DNA of 63,962 nucleotides, counting the filler, from Saprolegnia diclina VS20 (lineage: Eukaryota), in assembly GCF_000281045.1 (NCBI RefSeq). It is 11 parts of 3 records of this genome, joined end to end, with 100 filler letters (N's around TTAATTAATTAA, not from the genome) between each part and the next. Parts side by side here need not be neighbours in the genome. Positions count along the whole stretch, not along the records: positions 51,236 to 53,630 come from NW_008246182.1; positions 53,731 to 63,962 come from NW_008246183.1; 9 more parts are not named here. The stretch is one strand, 5' to 3'. This document shows, piece after piece, positions 51,236 through 63,600 of the stretch. The first letter of the stretch is position 1. Each line of letters begins with the position of its first letter. The position numbers were made by a program, and so were the translations under genes. Under the pieces are notes generated by a model. It searched no databases. It was given only the letters and a program-made list of their open reading frames with translations, and was not told the DNA's origin.

Positions 51236-52041
51236 TTCCAGAGCTCACCACGTTGCCGTTCGGCTTGATGACGACGGGCGGCGCTGTGATCTACGAGTAC
51301 TACGGCAACTTGTACGCTGGTGCCGCGAGCAACAGTTTGAACGAGGAGTGGCGCTACCGCACGGAAACGCATCAGATCATCGTGAGCTCCAACAACCAGT
51401 GCCTTGATGCGTACAAGGACAGCGCGTCCGGGGAGTATCGCGTCCACGTGTATCCTTGCGAAGACATCAACCGCAATCAGTACTGGACAATCGACAGCGC
51501 TCGGCAGCGCATCCGACACTTGACGCACCCCAACCTGTGCCTCGATGTCGACCCGACGCAGAACAACAAGGTGCAGGTGTGGACCTGCTACCTCGACGCG
51601 CCCAACCAGCGCATCATGGTCACCGAAGACGCGATCAAGCTCAGCGCGTTCAATGGCCGGTATCTCGCGAGCGACCAAGGCATTGCGCGGTTTGTGGACG
51701 TCTGGGGCGAGCCGATTGAATGGATCGTCAGCACTGTCGACTTGACGTGGCGTTGGCGCTTGCAATTCTTCAGCAGCAACGAGTGCTTGGACGCGTACGA
51801 GCCCTGGAACGGTGGCACCGTGCACACGTGGCCCTGCGACTCTAACAACGGCAACCAAAAATGGCGCTACGACCCGGCTACCGGCCAGCTGCGCCACGCG
51901 ACGCACACAGGTTTTTGCCTCGATATGTCGACAACGGACTTCAACATGGAGTTTGGTACGAGACCGTACCTCTGGGAGCGCAAAACGCCCGCCAACAAAT
52001 TGCAAGTGTTTACCTACGAATCGCAGAGGTTCGAAAACTAA
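51236..52041 (+). CDS. Ricin-B lectin domain protein (two beta-trefoil modules), 5' truncated
   Basis: QCLDAY, NQYW, LCLDV, ECLDAYEPWNGGTVHTWPCDSNNGNQKW and FCLDM. Confidence 0.9.
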
Positions 52042-52504
52042 GACAGCGTCGCTTCGTTTTGAAATAAGTATGACGTTATTTTCCATGGAAGCGCTCTTTA
52101 GTCCAGTGCAAACGCTCGTTCGTTGTAAAAATGAAGATAATGGATATACGGTATGAGTACCAAGTGTGGATTGGGTGTAGAGTGTACATGTAACCGCAGC
52201 GCCGAGTGTGTCCACATCCGGGGCAACAATCCCAACGATCCACTCAGTTTTAAACGTGCATTTGGCACGGGTAGCCGCTGTAATGGGTCCGAGTCCAGCA
52301 AAGATTCGACGCGCTGCCGAAACCAACATGTGCCAACGGTCCGTGGATTTGTGTCGAAGTTCCAAGTACAGTCTGGTAAGCTCCAAGTACGGCTCGACGA
52401 AGTTTAGGCCTTCGCTTTAGGCCACAAACCCCTCACACTATCTAGTCACTTTATCCGGCACCTGATGTAATAATTTAGCGGGGGTTACGAAGACGTGTCT
52501 CACT

Positions 52505-52543
52505 GCTATCAGCCGTGGCTATCAGCCGTGGCTATCAGCTGTG
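52505..52543. repeat. 13-bp tandem repeat GCTATCAGCYGTG x3
   Basis: Direct reading. Confidence 0.85.
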
Positions 52544-52701
52544 GCCCTGGATGTAACTCGACATTCCAAAATGAACCAATCCCATCGACGAGCATCTACG
52601 TGCCTCGCATTTGATTGGCCTTGAGCCACATCGATAGCGCCGATGAGACCTCCACCTTCACGAGCCGCTGCATCATTTTGGAATTGCCTTTGCCGACCAC
52701 G

Positions 52702-53017
52702 ATGCGCATCGTACTTGCTTCACATTTCAGTCTCGCGCTTGCACACGCACTCAACACGACAGCACCGCCGGTCAATGCGACGGCAACACCCGAGCTCGAC
52801 GAGGCGGCCGTGCCCGCGCAGGCTCGGCCCACCGCACTCGAGGAGTCAACGGACACAGCGCCAGATTTTGGCTTGTGGACCGCTCGCGGCGATGCTATCT
52901 ACGAGTACTACGGCAAATTGTACGCTGGCGCCCCGAGCTGGAGTGCAAACGAGTGGTGGCGCTACGATACCAATACGCGCCAGCTCAAGGTGGACTCCAA
53001 CCAGCAGTGCCTCGATG
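52702..53017 (+). CDS. Secreted ricin-B lectin paralog, 3' truncated by gap
   Basis: Signal peptide MRIVLASHFSLALAHA; FGLWTARGDAIYEYYGKLYAG..QQCLD is homologous to the 51236 gene; INR/FPR-like TCATTTTGGAATT upstream. Confidence 0.85.
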
Positions 53018-53940
53018 NNNNNNNNNNNNNNNNNNNNNNNNNNNNNNNNNNNNNNNNNNNNNNNNNNNNNNNNNNNNNNNNNNNNNNNNNNNNNNNNNNN
53101 NNNNNNNNNNNNNNNNNTCCAAAATGAACCAATGCAATCGAAGTGTTCGCGAGTCCCTCGCATTTGATTGGCTTTTAGCGACGTCCCACGGCGTCGCTGG
53201 CACCGACGAGAACCACGTGTCGTGAAGCCCGAACACGGGTCCACGGTCGGATGTAGCTCAGTCGTCTCCAGTCGTAAAAAGGGATGTGATTGACGTCAAT
53301 TGTCTACGTCTACAGCCTGCCAAAAGGCGGCACTATTACCAGACAGCTGTCTGGCCTTGGATTGGCTCGAATGCCTTGAGGGGTCGGTGCGTCACGCCGA
53401 TGCACCGCCGGGACGCCACGTTGCGCGGGTCTTTGGTCGGCACGCGTCCATCCAGCAGGGGAATCCTTCAATCTTGAAGGTCGTGAGAGGGCCCTCGAAC
53501 CTTCCTTGGCCACTTGGCGAGGTCTTGGCCCAAAAGGCGATTGGCGCCTCACGACACACGCACCACAAACCACCGCGCCTCAGCACTTACCTTTCATTTT
53601 GCAATTGCCTTTGTGGACCATGATGCGCCTNNNNNNNNNNNNNNNNNNNNNNNNNNNNNNNNNNNNNNNNNNNNTTAATTAATTAANNNNNNNNNNNNNN
53701 NNNNNNNNNNNNNNNNNNNNNNNNNNNNNNAAAAGACGTCGGTCTTGTGAGGCATCCGACGGGACAACATTCGTTAACGGCGCTAGTATTTGTGCACAAA
53801 TGTATGGGTAATCTCTCTGAACGGACTCGAGGCGGCAGGAAGAAGTCGTGCGCTGAAAACTACTGATCGGGCAATCGCGTGCAGGATCGGTCGATGGGAA
53901 ACTTGAAGTGGTCAGTGCACGAACGCATGAGATTTTCACT

Positions 53941-53956
53941 GCTCACTTTTCAATTT
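53941..53956 (+). promoter_or_regulatory. Oomycete INR+FPR core promoter element
   Basis: GCTCACTTTTCAATTT ends 8 nt upstream of the ATG at 53965. Confidence 0.7.
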
Positions 53957-53964
53957 GCTGCAAA

Positions 53965-54237
53965 ATGAACGCTTCGACTCGCGTTGGCCAGGCCATCATT
54001 GGCGCCTCCACGCCCTCTGCGAACGAGAATGCTGCTGCTGGCAACAATGCCAACATCCACGGCCCCAACTCTGGTGTCAACGCCGCGGGCATGACCATCA
54101 GCGGCAACGGCAACCACGTCGGCAACATCACACATGGCGCGCCGGTGCACCACGGCGACGTCAAGAACGTCATTGGCGTCCAGATCAACGGTGACTACGC
54201 TACCAACCATGGCGCTGTCAACATGAGCGGATTTTAG
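53965..54237 (+). CDS. Small G/N-rich protein (90 aa), candidate amyloid-motif protein
   Basis: INR/FPR promoter, AAAATG start context and strongly C-ending codons (GGC, AAC, ATC) indicate a real gene. No signal peptide or globular domain is apparent. Confidence 0.75.
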   Translation: MNASTRVGQAIIGASTPSANENAAAGNNANIHGPNSGVNAAGMTISGNGNHVGNITHGAPVHHGDVKNVIGVQINGDYATNHGAVNMSGF

Positions 54238-54695
54238 ATCCCGTCTCGGCGATTGCGTAGTAAGGACAACCCTTTATGAATATATGACTTTTCTTGTACA
54301 CTTGCGCGTTATTTCGATGTCCGATACGAAACACCGCTTTACAGTGGAGCGAACTCGACAGCAAAACACTGACGAGCCCTTCGTCAGCCACACAAGCAGC
54401 GTCAAGACCGGAAGGACACGACAGAATCATCGGCGTTCGCATTGGAAATCAAAACGTGGGGTTACAAAATATCAAACAAATATCGGCAGAACTGGAAACT
54501 AGGGTCGGGTAGGACTAGGGTTTCGCAGCGGCCGCTCTGGGTGTCGAGAGATCGCACTAGATATGAAGCGCAAAAGGTATACTATCCGTGTGCATGGTGT
54601 AAACAGTTCCTTGGGTCGATATATGTATCCTTGCAAGTTTTGAAATTTGTAAAGACGTGCCCTTTTTCACGATATCGGATTCGGCAAATATCGCG

Positions 54696-57600
54696 TTAGA
54701 GAAGAATTCCGTACGTCTCGGGCCCGGTGCAGCGAGGGTCGTTGGGAAAGGCCAGTCCCGACGGGTTGTTGTTGCCAATGCCATGGCCCGTGCACGAGCA
54801 GCGCCCCGCACCGCACGCGTTCGACTTGAACGACTGGAGCTGCTCTTCCCTACTCGTCCACTGCTGGTTTGGGGTCGGACACCTGTCCCGATCAAACAAA
54901 GTATCAGATTATCAACTCAGAATGGCAGTGTACCCAAACGGCGACTGCTGCCGACGCTCCCAGGATACGCTTTGGGCGCACAAAGTCTTTTGCGCTGGCG
55001 TCAGCGAGCACGAGTTGCACGTATGACACACGCGGTTGGCTTCGGTAGAGCATGGCACTGCCTCGAACTCGTCCGCAGAGCAGAGAGCGCAGGCACGGCA
55101 GACGCGGTCCGTACTCGGCGAGCACTTGGTCGACGCAAACGTTTCGCGCTGGCACTGCGTACACCCTACGTACAGCGGGCTACTTTCGGGGTCGCGGAAG
55201 CGAGCGTACGCTGGCAAACAGTGTCGTGGGTCGGCGAGCACGTCATTTCGGCAAAGTGGTCGGCCGCGCAGACCGTACACGGTAAGCACACTCGGCTCTG
55301 CGAGTCGGAGCAGCGCGCCGAGAGGTACGAGGAGGTCGGGCACGGCGAACAGTCCGCGGTGGCTGATGCACTCAGAAAATACGGAGGCAACAGCGAGTGC
55401 CCCATGATATCGGCGATTTGATTGGTCGCGACGAGAATCGTCGTTGCTGGCGACCGGCCAATGACGCCGGTGGCATCGATCCGCGCCTTGTCCATTGGCG
55501 CGACAAAGATGGTGATGAGCGTGCCGTCACTCGGCACCGGAGGTAACGCCGCCAGACCACCCACCGACCGCGTGCCTACGTCCTCCAACGTCAATCGAAG
55601 CAAGTGTCGAGTATGCGACCTGCAACGACATAGCTAGCGCTCGAGAGCAAGGCGCAGGCAGTGCGTGCGAGGCTGTCGCAAAGCTGCAGTTGTGATGGCA
55701 CCACGGAGGAGGGGTTGACGACCTTGGAGAACCGGAGCTGGAGGTACTGGCCATCATAGACGAATCGCAGCAGCGATGGAGCCAGCGTGTCGCCGACAAA
55801 CGCGGTTGCCTAGGACGCCACAAAGGTTTAGGGTTGTTTGTACCAAATATATATTACCGGAAAGGGTGTCTGAGCCGGCAGTGGGGGAACCACACACCCG
55901 TTTATCGACGTGGAGGCGCAGTTGAAGGTTGGGTATTCCACGAATCCTGTGGGATACGCGATGTTTGTTGTCGAAATAGATGCTGCGAGGCCAGCTCTTT
56001 GAAGCGCGTTGACATCGCTGGGAGCCAACTGGACAAACACCTACGACACCTTCCAGTACATGTACTACGTACAAGCAAGAGCAATACAAGTGTCGGGTCA
56101 GGACGGGGGACCACGGTCGAGGACGCGCTCAGAGTGTACAGTCCTGTAGAGGCTGCAACGCTCAGAGACGCCACGTTGGCCGTGGTCGCCAGCACAGGTC
56201 TCGAGTACTGTAGCGTTAACGAGCGGCCCGTCATCTCCAATTGCGCGCCGACCAGCGTCGGGACTATCGTGTGGTTCGACACGCGTGTCGTAGCCTTTAC
56301 TAATACCTTGCGCCGTCGCCTGCAGATACACCTAGCCCTATGTGAGACGACGATGGTACATGGAACCGCAAGGTACCGCGTACTGCGCCGAAGGTCCGAG
56401 CACCACCGTCTGCGGGTCGGACAAAACGATCGACAGCGTGCGCGGCGGCGACGCGGTGCCGCTGAAGTGCGTGGAAGGAGGTGACAGAATCGTCAGCGAC
56501 ACGGTGACGTCGCGCGCGTCAGTGTCCTGCCACGAGATTCGCTGTCCGACGCTGACAAAGTCGACGTCAGGCTGCGCCGTCTGGCCCACGGTCTGAACGT
56601 AGACAGAGGCGGCACCGACACTCCCTCTTGACCGACGCACCTAGTGGTTGCTTGACTTGAGCTCTTTCCTGCGAGATGGATAACGTACGGTGAACGTATA
56701 TGTGCCGGCCTGTATCACAACCCATGGTGCGGTGGGGCCAATCCCAGACTGGTACACTGGGATTTGCGCCTGGAGCAGCTGGTCACTCGCCATTGGCATA
56801 CCGCTCAGCGCCGTTTGGAGAGCGGGTACGGTGACCACGTTGACTTCCCCACCTATGCCACACTGTTGATACCGACAAGACTGTGGATGTACGTTGCAGA
56901 CCCAAAGGCGGTGCAAATGGAAGCGACAGGACCGAAATACTGGTGCTGCTAGCGACAGGTGATAGCGATGCGCCGCCGGTGGGGTTAGTCAAGGTCACAA
57001 CCACTCGTTTTTGCGTGTTTGGGGAGATTTGCGTTTGAACGACAAAGCTCTGGCTGGCGCCGTCGCCGTCTTGCCAGCTCAAAGTTCCTAGCTCACCATA
57101 AATGCTCTCGACCTACACGTTGCACACCAACCTCGCTGCGGCACAAAGTCCGTGGTCGCAATCGTGTTGGTACTCGGGTCGGGCGTCGCTTCGAACTGCA
57201 CCGAGACGGCGCCAACTGCTCCGTTGCGTCGCTCGACGTACACCCGAACGGCGCCGCCTTCGTCGACAGAGTACGTCGTCGCCGCGCAAACCGAAAAGCA
57301 AGGCGCGCCCAGCTGAAAGACGCCAGCCGGCACAGCTACGTCCGCCGTGGTAGACACGTTTGTATCTCTCTAGAGTACCTTGGTTGGTGCCCAGCACTGT
57401 CAACAGAATGGTCGATGGCGATGCGAGCAATGCGCCGCCGCTCGGACGCAGCAGCTGCAGAGACAACTGCTTTGCACTGTGGTAAATTGCCGCGTTGAAG
57501 AAGCTCAAAGTGATCGTTTTGGGGGTCGCATCGCCGTCGGCCCAGAAGAGCACGTTGCCACCGGGAAATGTCGGTAAGGAAAAATCAGTATCGGGAATCG

Positions 57601-58322
57601 GCACTTGTGCGGGGTCGAGGTTGGGGACGGGCGCAATGGCATACTCGACTTGGAGACTGCCTGTACTACCGCCAAGGCGCTCTACGGAAAGAGAGACAGG
57701 ATACGGCGTCGTTGGTGCGAGTGTTGTCGGCACGGAAATGTTGATGGCCGGCGCTGCAAACGCGAGGTCGCCTAGGTCCACTAGACGGATATATAAAGTA
57801 TAGTACGGTACATGTCGGTTAAGACGTACGGTTTATGGATTGGATGGTCACAGTCGCGGTCGCCATGCTTGGGTAAATCTGCGTCGTGCCATCGCCGGGG
57901 CTCATGTTAATGGAGAAAGAAACGTCCCGCAACAGAACGCGCGGGAGGAACGCGATCGGGACTTGAACCGGCGCCCAGCTGCCGGCTGCCCACGCGACCG
58001 AGAGGTTGACGATCGGAGCGAAATCGACACCCGCGACGGCCGAGCCATTTTGCGAGTTGAGCAAAACGGACGCGGGCCCGTCTGCGCCCAAGGCACGTTG
58101 GACTAGTTGGCATGTGGTAACATACTGTCAATGTAAAAGCACCAAACTCACGAAGGAGGACGACTGAGCCCCACTGGTTCGTGGCGGCGTACGTTGTCGG
58201 GCTAAATTGAATGCGGCCGGGGGCCAAGGCTCCTAGTGCAGCTGAATGCGTCTCACGTCAAGAGGAGTACTAGCCGTCGCACCTACGCAGCTGAGGGCAG
58301 CCGCCGCGAGCACCGCCCACAT
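54696..58322 (-). CDS. Large secreted protein with Calx-beta repeats and C-terminal TNFR-like Cys-rich repeats, multi-exon
   Basis: Signal peptide MWAVLAAAALSCVGATA; Calx-beta motifs (GSAVAGVDF, LFWADGDATPKTITL, YSVDEGGAVRVYVERRNG, SWQDGDGASQSFVV); CxxCxxC..C...DTVC repeats; ends ..PRCTGPETYGILL*. Confidence 0.75.
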
Positions 58323-58425
58323 AACTTGGCAGCTGAAACGGTCGCACCCAAAATACATATGTTGTACATGAAGGCAATCAAGTCGAGATATTGACGAAGA
58401 CCAGCCGCTATTGCCGTGTTCGGGA

Positions 58426-60085
58426 CTAACGCGAATATCTCTCCAAGACCATCATCGACAGCTGGATAACTAGCGCTAGAGCAAGAAGCGTCATCGGCCA
58501 TGACCTCGGCGAGAGGCCAAAGCCAAGAGAGCCGTTGTTGATGGCGTAGTTGCCGTTTTGCTGAACACCAATCGTAGTTTTCGTGGTGATGACAGTTGTA
58601 GGGGTCTGGCGCTGCCGGCTCTTGGCCTCCAGGATCACCGCGACGATGGCAGGACGACCCTTTGTTTCGGCAACGTAGAGAGGTGTCGCATAGTCCTATC
58701 CACAGCCATGACGAGGGTTAGGGTCATGACCAGCATACCTTTGCGACTTGAGTCACGTTGGCGCCTTCGCTGATGAGGAACTTGACAATGTCGAGGTGTC
58801 CGCTCTCAACTGCCATGAACAGTGGGGTGCGACCGAGCTACGAATGTAGTCAACAAGGAGTCGCTCACACCATGATTCTGGTGCACCTCGTCTGCGTGGT
58901 CGACATTCGCATTGCTTTTGCCGACCAGCAAATACAGAGTCGACAGATGGCCTTCCTTGGCAGCGATCCAGAGCGGGGTTTGACCGCGCTATTCAATTCA
59001 TCACTCCTTCTAGTGTCGCGGCAGGACGTGTCGTACATCGTTGCATTGATCGACACTGGCGCCGGCGACCAAGAGGATCTGCACCACTGCGTCGTGGCCT
59101 CGCGACGACGCCGCATGCAACGGCGTCTCTCCGCGCTAGCACCCCATTGACATTACCGCCTATACTAGATGCAAACGAAAAGACCTTGGTCGCTTGTCGC
59201 ACATTTCCCCACCGATAGAGCAGGAGGTCGCGCACGATGGCCTTGTGCCCGTGCAACGAGGCAATGTAGAGTGGCGTTCGCCCCTCCTGTCGCAACGTAG
59301 TAGGCCTCATGACGGCACAGGGAGACGTACGTTGTCTTCACCCGTCGGGCTCGCACCGTTCCACATGAGTAGATTGACGAGGTGATCCTGCCCGTGCTCG
59401 CATGCCGTGAACAGGGCGGAGGTGCCATCCTGTCGTCCATGAGTCGCCTGCCGAGGTCCGGATATGTACATTGGCGCGCTGGTCGAGGTCGGGTCGACGG
59501 CCGAGGAGGGTCCGAGCAAAGGCGATTTTTTCCACAATGGCGACGTGACCATATCGACACGCAATGTAGAGAGCGGTTCGCCCCTCCTAACCGATAGCGT
59601 CCGACCAAAGCCACGGCTGGTGACGACGTACGTTGTCGCGCTGGTCAACGCTGAGACCCTTCCTCCATAAGAGAGCGCGGAACACCTTGATGTGCCCAAA
59701 CCGTGACGCGACGTGCAGCACGGTCTCGCCTCGCTGACCGATGGCAAGTCAGTGTCCTGGACCATGAACGCGACGACGTACTGTGGAGCACTTGTGGATG
59801 TCAGCACCGTAGCTGATGAGGCTGTTGACCATACTCTCGTGCCCCCTTTGACACGCAATGTACAGAGGTGTGTGGCCCTCCTGCCCAGCGCGTGAGCGCG
59901 AAAATTGAAGTCGTGTCTACCTCGTTTTGCCAGTTGGGATCCGCACCCTCGCCAACGAGGCGGCGGACGTCGGTCCAGTTGCCTCTGCTAGCAGTCTCGT
60001 ATAATTCCTTTCCCAACAAAGGCGGTCCTTGGGTGTTCTACACCAAATGATTAGCATCATCGCACCTCTCATCGCCTACGCCCAT
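58426..60085 (-). CDS. Ankyrin-repeat protein, multi-exon; ends approximate
   Basis: MG|NTQGPPLLGKELYETASRG; GHTPLYIACQRG, GTSALFTACEHG, GRTPLYIASLHG and GRTPLFMAVESG repeats. Confidence 0.8.
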
Positions 60086-60631
60086 GTCGGTCTGGCCTCA
60101 AGTGACAGCCATCGGCAAATATCCGGGAATCGCTGTCATCCGGTTAACCAGCCGGTGGCGCCGACATCGGAGGCGATCCGGCCACCGAGCTCCGACCCGT
60201 CTTCCAACAAGACACGAACACGAACGGTCGTTGACTGACGGTGACGGCTCGTGGCTGGTAAGGCCAGAGTGTCCTTGTCACCAGGCTAGCAGCCCTTTGA
60301 AGCTAGCAGGTTGGTTGTTCGATTGTCAACAGTTGAACAGGGCAAGAAGTGGAGACCCGCTACCCAGCAATACTGCAGGGAATCGCACCGTCTTGAGTCC
60401 CAGCAAAATTCGTAAAATGCAAGCGCATGTGGAGAAGGAGCGCGTCGCCACGAGCGCTTTGCTCTGTTGTGAGCAAGGTGTTGTGAGGTTGTACGTTCAT
60501 TGTACGCTGTACGTACGCTCCATGTACTGTGAACGTACGAGCCGTACACGATCGTCAGGCCAGGTGGCCATTGACACCGCAACCAGAGTGGGATCGCGCC
60601 GGGATGATAGCCGCAAGCGCCCTGGAACCAG

Positions 60632-63600
60632 ATGGCCCACAAGCGCTTTGACGACGACGAACGAATGAGCAGCCTCAACCTCCTCGCGCGGCGCGGCAAC
60701 GTGCTCGAGATCCAGCGCCGGCTCGCGCAGGGCGCGCTGGTCGACGCCACGGACGAGGTCGTCCCTCGCAACCTACATGCAGCCTCTCATATGCTTGTAG
60801 ACGGGCGACACGCCGCTGGTGCAGGCGGCGGCCAACGGCCACGATAGCGTCGTCTGCGTCCTCCTCGACCACCAAGCGTCCACCGAGGGTGTCCGCGACG
60901 TACGTCGCCGTCTTCCTCTTGTCGTTCATGGCGCATACGTACGTAGGATCGCCTCTCGGCGCTGCTGCGCGCGACGCAAAAAGGCTCGGCGACGACCGTC
61001 GCGCTTCTTGCGAGCCACCACGCCAACCTCGAAGCCCTCTTCCCCGTACGCTACGAAAATGGCCAGCAGCTTGAGTAGCGATTGACCGTAGGACGGCAAG
61101 ACCGCGCTGGTGTACGCGGCGCAGCACGGCCAGTCGCAGCTCGTCGAGACGCTGCTTGAGCACCACGCCAACACGGAGGCCACGGACGAGGTATGCTGGT
61201 TTGGGTGCTTTTAGCTTGAGATGCGTGGAATTAGACGGGCAACACAGCGCTGCACTACGCGACCGAGAATGGCAACACGCGCATCGTGACGCTCCTCCTC
61301 CAGGCCAACGCGCGCTCGACCGTCTACAACTACGTACTGTAGATTCGATGTCAAACAGAGTTTGAAACAGCGCGTGTAGGCGCGCAACACGCCTCTGCTG
61401 GCCGCCTGCATCAACAGCCACGTCGAGGTGCTCCGCGTGCTTTTGCAGTACGACACGGACCTCGAGGCGTACAACGACGACGGCTGGTCCGCGCTCATGT
61501 ACGCGTCCGCCATGGGCCACTACGAGTGCGTCAAGCTCCTCCTCGGGAAGGGTGCGCGCGTCCAGGCAGTCTCCTCGGTCCGACAGACGATTTTTCCAGT
61601 GGATTTGACATCCAGTGGATCTAGAACGGCTCGACGGCGCTGCTGGTTGCGACGCGCAAGGGATACCACGATGTTGTGCTGCTTTTGCTGCAGCACAAGG
61701 CGCCCGTCGACGCCAAGTTCAACACGGTTCGTTCCTCGAATTTTCTGCGAATCCTAGCAACGGCGTAGGGCGGGCTGACGTCGCTTATGGTGGCCGCGAC
61801 GCAAGGCTACTTGAGTATTTTGCAGCTTTTGCTGCAGTTCCAAGCCAACTTTTTGCTGCGGAACCACGTACCCCTCGAAGTCTACAATATCAATGTATCG
61901 AGCGTCGATTCTAGGACAACAAGACGGCACTCGACCTCGCGACCGAGAAGAACCACATGAGCTGCCGGTCGCTCCTCGACATGCGCGAGCGCCACCCGCT
62001 GCTGTACTTTGCCAAAGTCGGCCAGCTCAAGCCCCTCCAGCAGCTCGTGCGCCAGCACGTGGACATCGACGACCACGACGAGGTACACTCGCTGCAACAA
62101 TTCGCCTATACGAGTACATGGTGACTAGCTCGGGAAAACCGCGCTCATGTACGCTGCGAGCGCCAACCAAGTGGACGTAGTCGAGTATCTCTTGAGCCTT
62201 CAAGTGGCGGTCGACGCCTGCGACAACGTACCGCCATCATTGCTCTTCTGTACTGAATAGGAGAATTGTAGAACGGCGTCGACGCGCTCGCCATGGCGGT
62301 GGGCGACTGCCGGCACCTGCTCGAGCGCGAAATGCTCTACCGCGTCGTCAAGTCGGGCGACCTGACGACGTTTCGAGACATCCTCGCGCAGAACCCGACC
62401 ATGGACATTGAGCAGCGCAATCCGGTACGATGCTGTATGTATCAACTTGATACAAATGGAGATTTATAGAGCGGAACGACGCTGCTGATGCTCGCGGCGC
62501 AGTACGGCCATGCCGACATGACCAAGCTGCTCCTCGACCGCAACGCCAACCTCAACGCGGAAGAGACGGTGCTGCGTCGTCGCGTGTTCTTTTGTGCGAA
62601 TTCCTGCGTAGGACGGGTCCACGGCGCTCTTTTACGCGACCGACAACAACCACAAGGTCTGCCGCGCGCTCTTGGAGAAGGAGATGGCGTTCCGCGAGCG
62701 CTACCCGCTTCTCTACCACGCTCGTTGCGGTAGCACCTCCCATAGTGGAATGCTATGAGACAATATTGTCTACCCAGGTGACGTGGCCAAGGCGGCGCTG
62801 GTCCTCGACGCGGACGCCGACCCCGACGAGCGCGACGAGGTGCTATGCAACTATAGAAAAAGGGCTATAACAATATACGTAGGACGGCTGGTCGGCGCTC
62901 ATGTATGCGGCGTCGCTGGGCCACACGGCCATGATCCAGCTGCTTCTCGAGCGCAACGCGCAGATCGGCGGCACGGATAAAGGCGGCAAGACGGCGTTCA
63001 TGGTCGCCAAGGACAAGGCCGTGTTCGTCAAGCTCATTTTGGAGAAGAACGCGACCGAGCTGCGCTTCAACGAACTCATGTTCAAAGGTTGCACCATCCC
63101 AAGTACTGACTGTGCGAATTGAAGATGAATCTAGGCGCGATCGAGTGCGACCCCAAGCTCGGCAAGGAGATCCTCAACGCCTTTGTGGTCGAGAGCGGTC
63201 GCTACAGTCTCGAGTTTCGCGACGTACGTGGCGCGTCCTCGTGCGAATTTCCTTATCAAGTACCTTAGCTGGATCGCATTTACGGGCGGGAGACGATCCA
63301 GCAGAGCGCGCTCTACTCGATTCTCAACCTCGAGGGCGACGACGAGGCCGAACAGGGCGTCAAGCAACACTGCCTCCAGCATGTCGTCATGCGCCGCGTG
63401 CTCCAGCTCAAGTGGGAGGTACTTTGTCCGCATTTTGTACTATGTAAGACAATTTTCTCTAGTTCTTCGCCCAGCGCATGTACATTGAGCAGTTCCTCAT
63501 GTACATTCTGCTGCTGGCGTCGTCAGTCCTCTCGGGCTGCCTCTACCAGCTCGACGACGCAGCCGAAGTGACGCCGCCGCCCGTCTTCAAGGACATTTCC

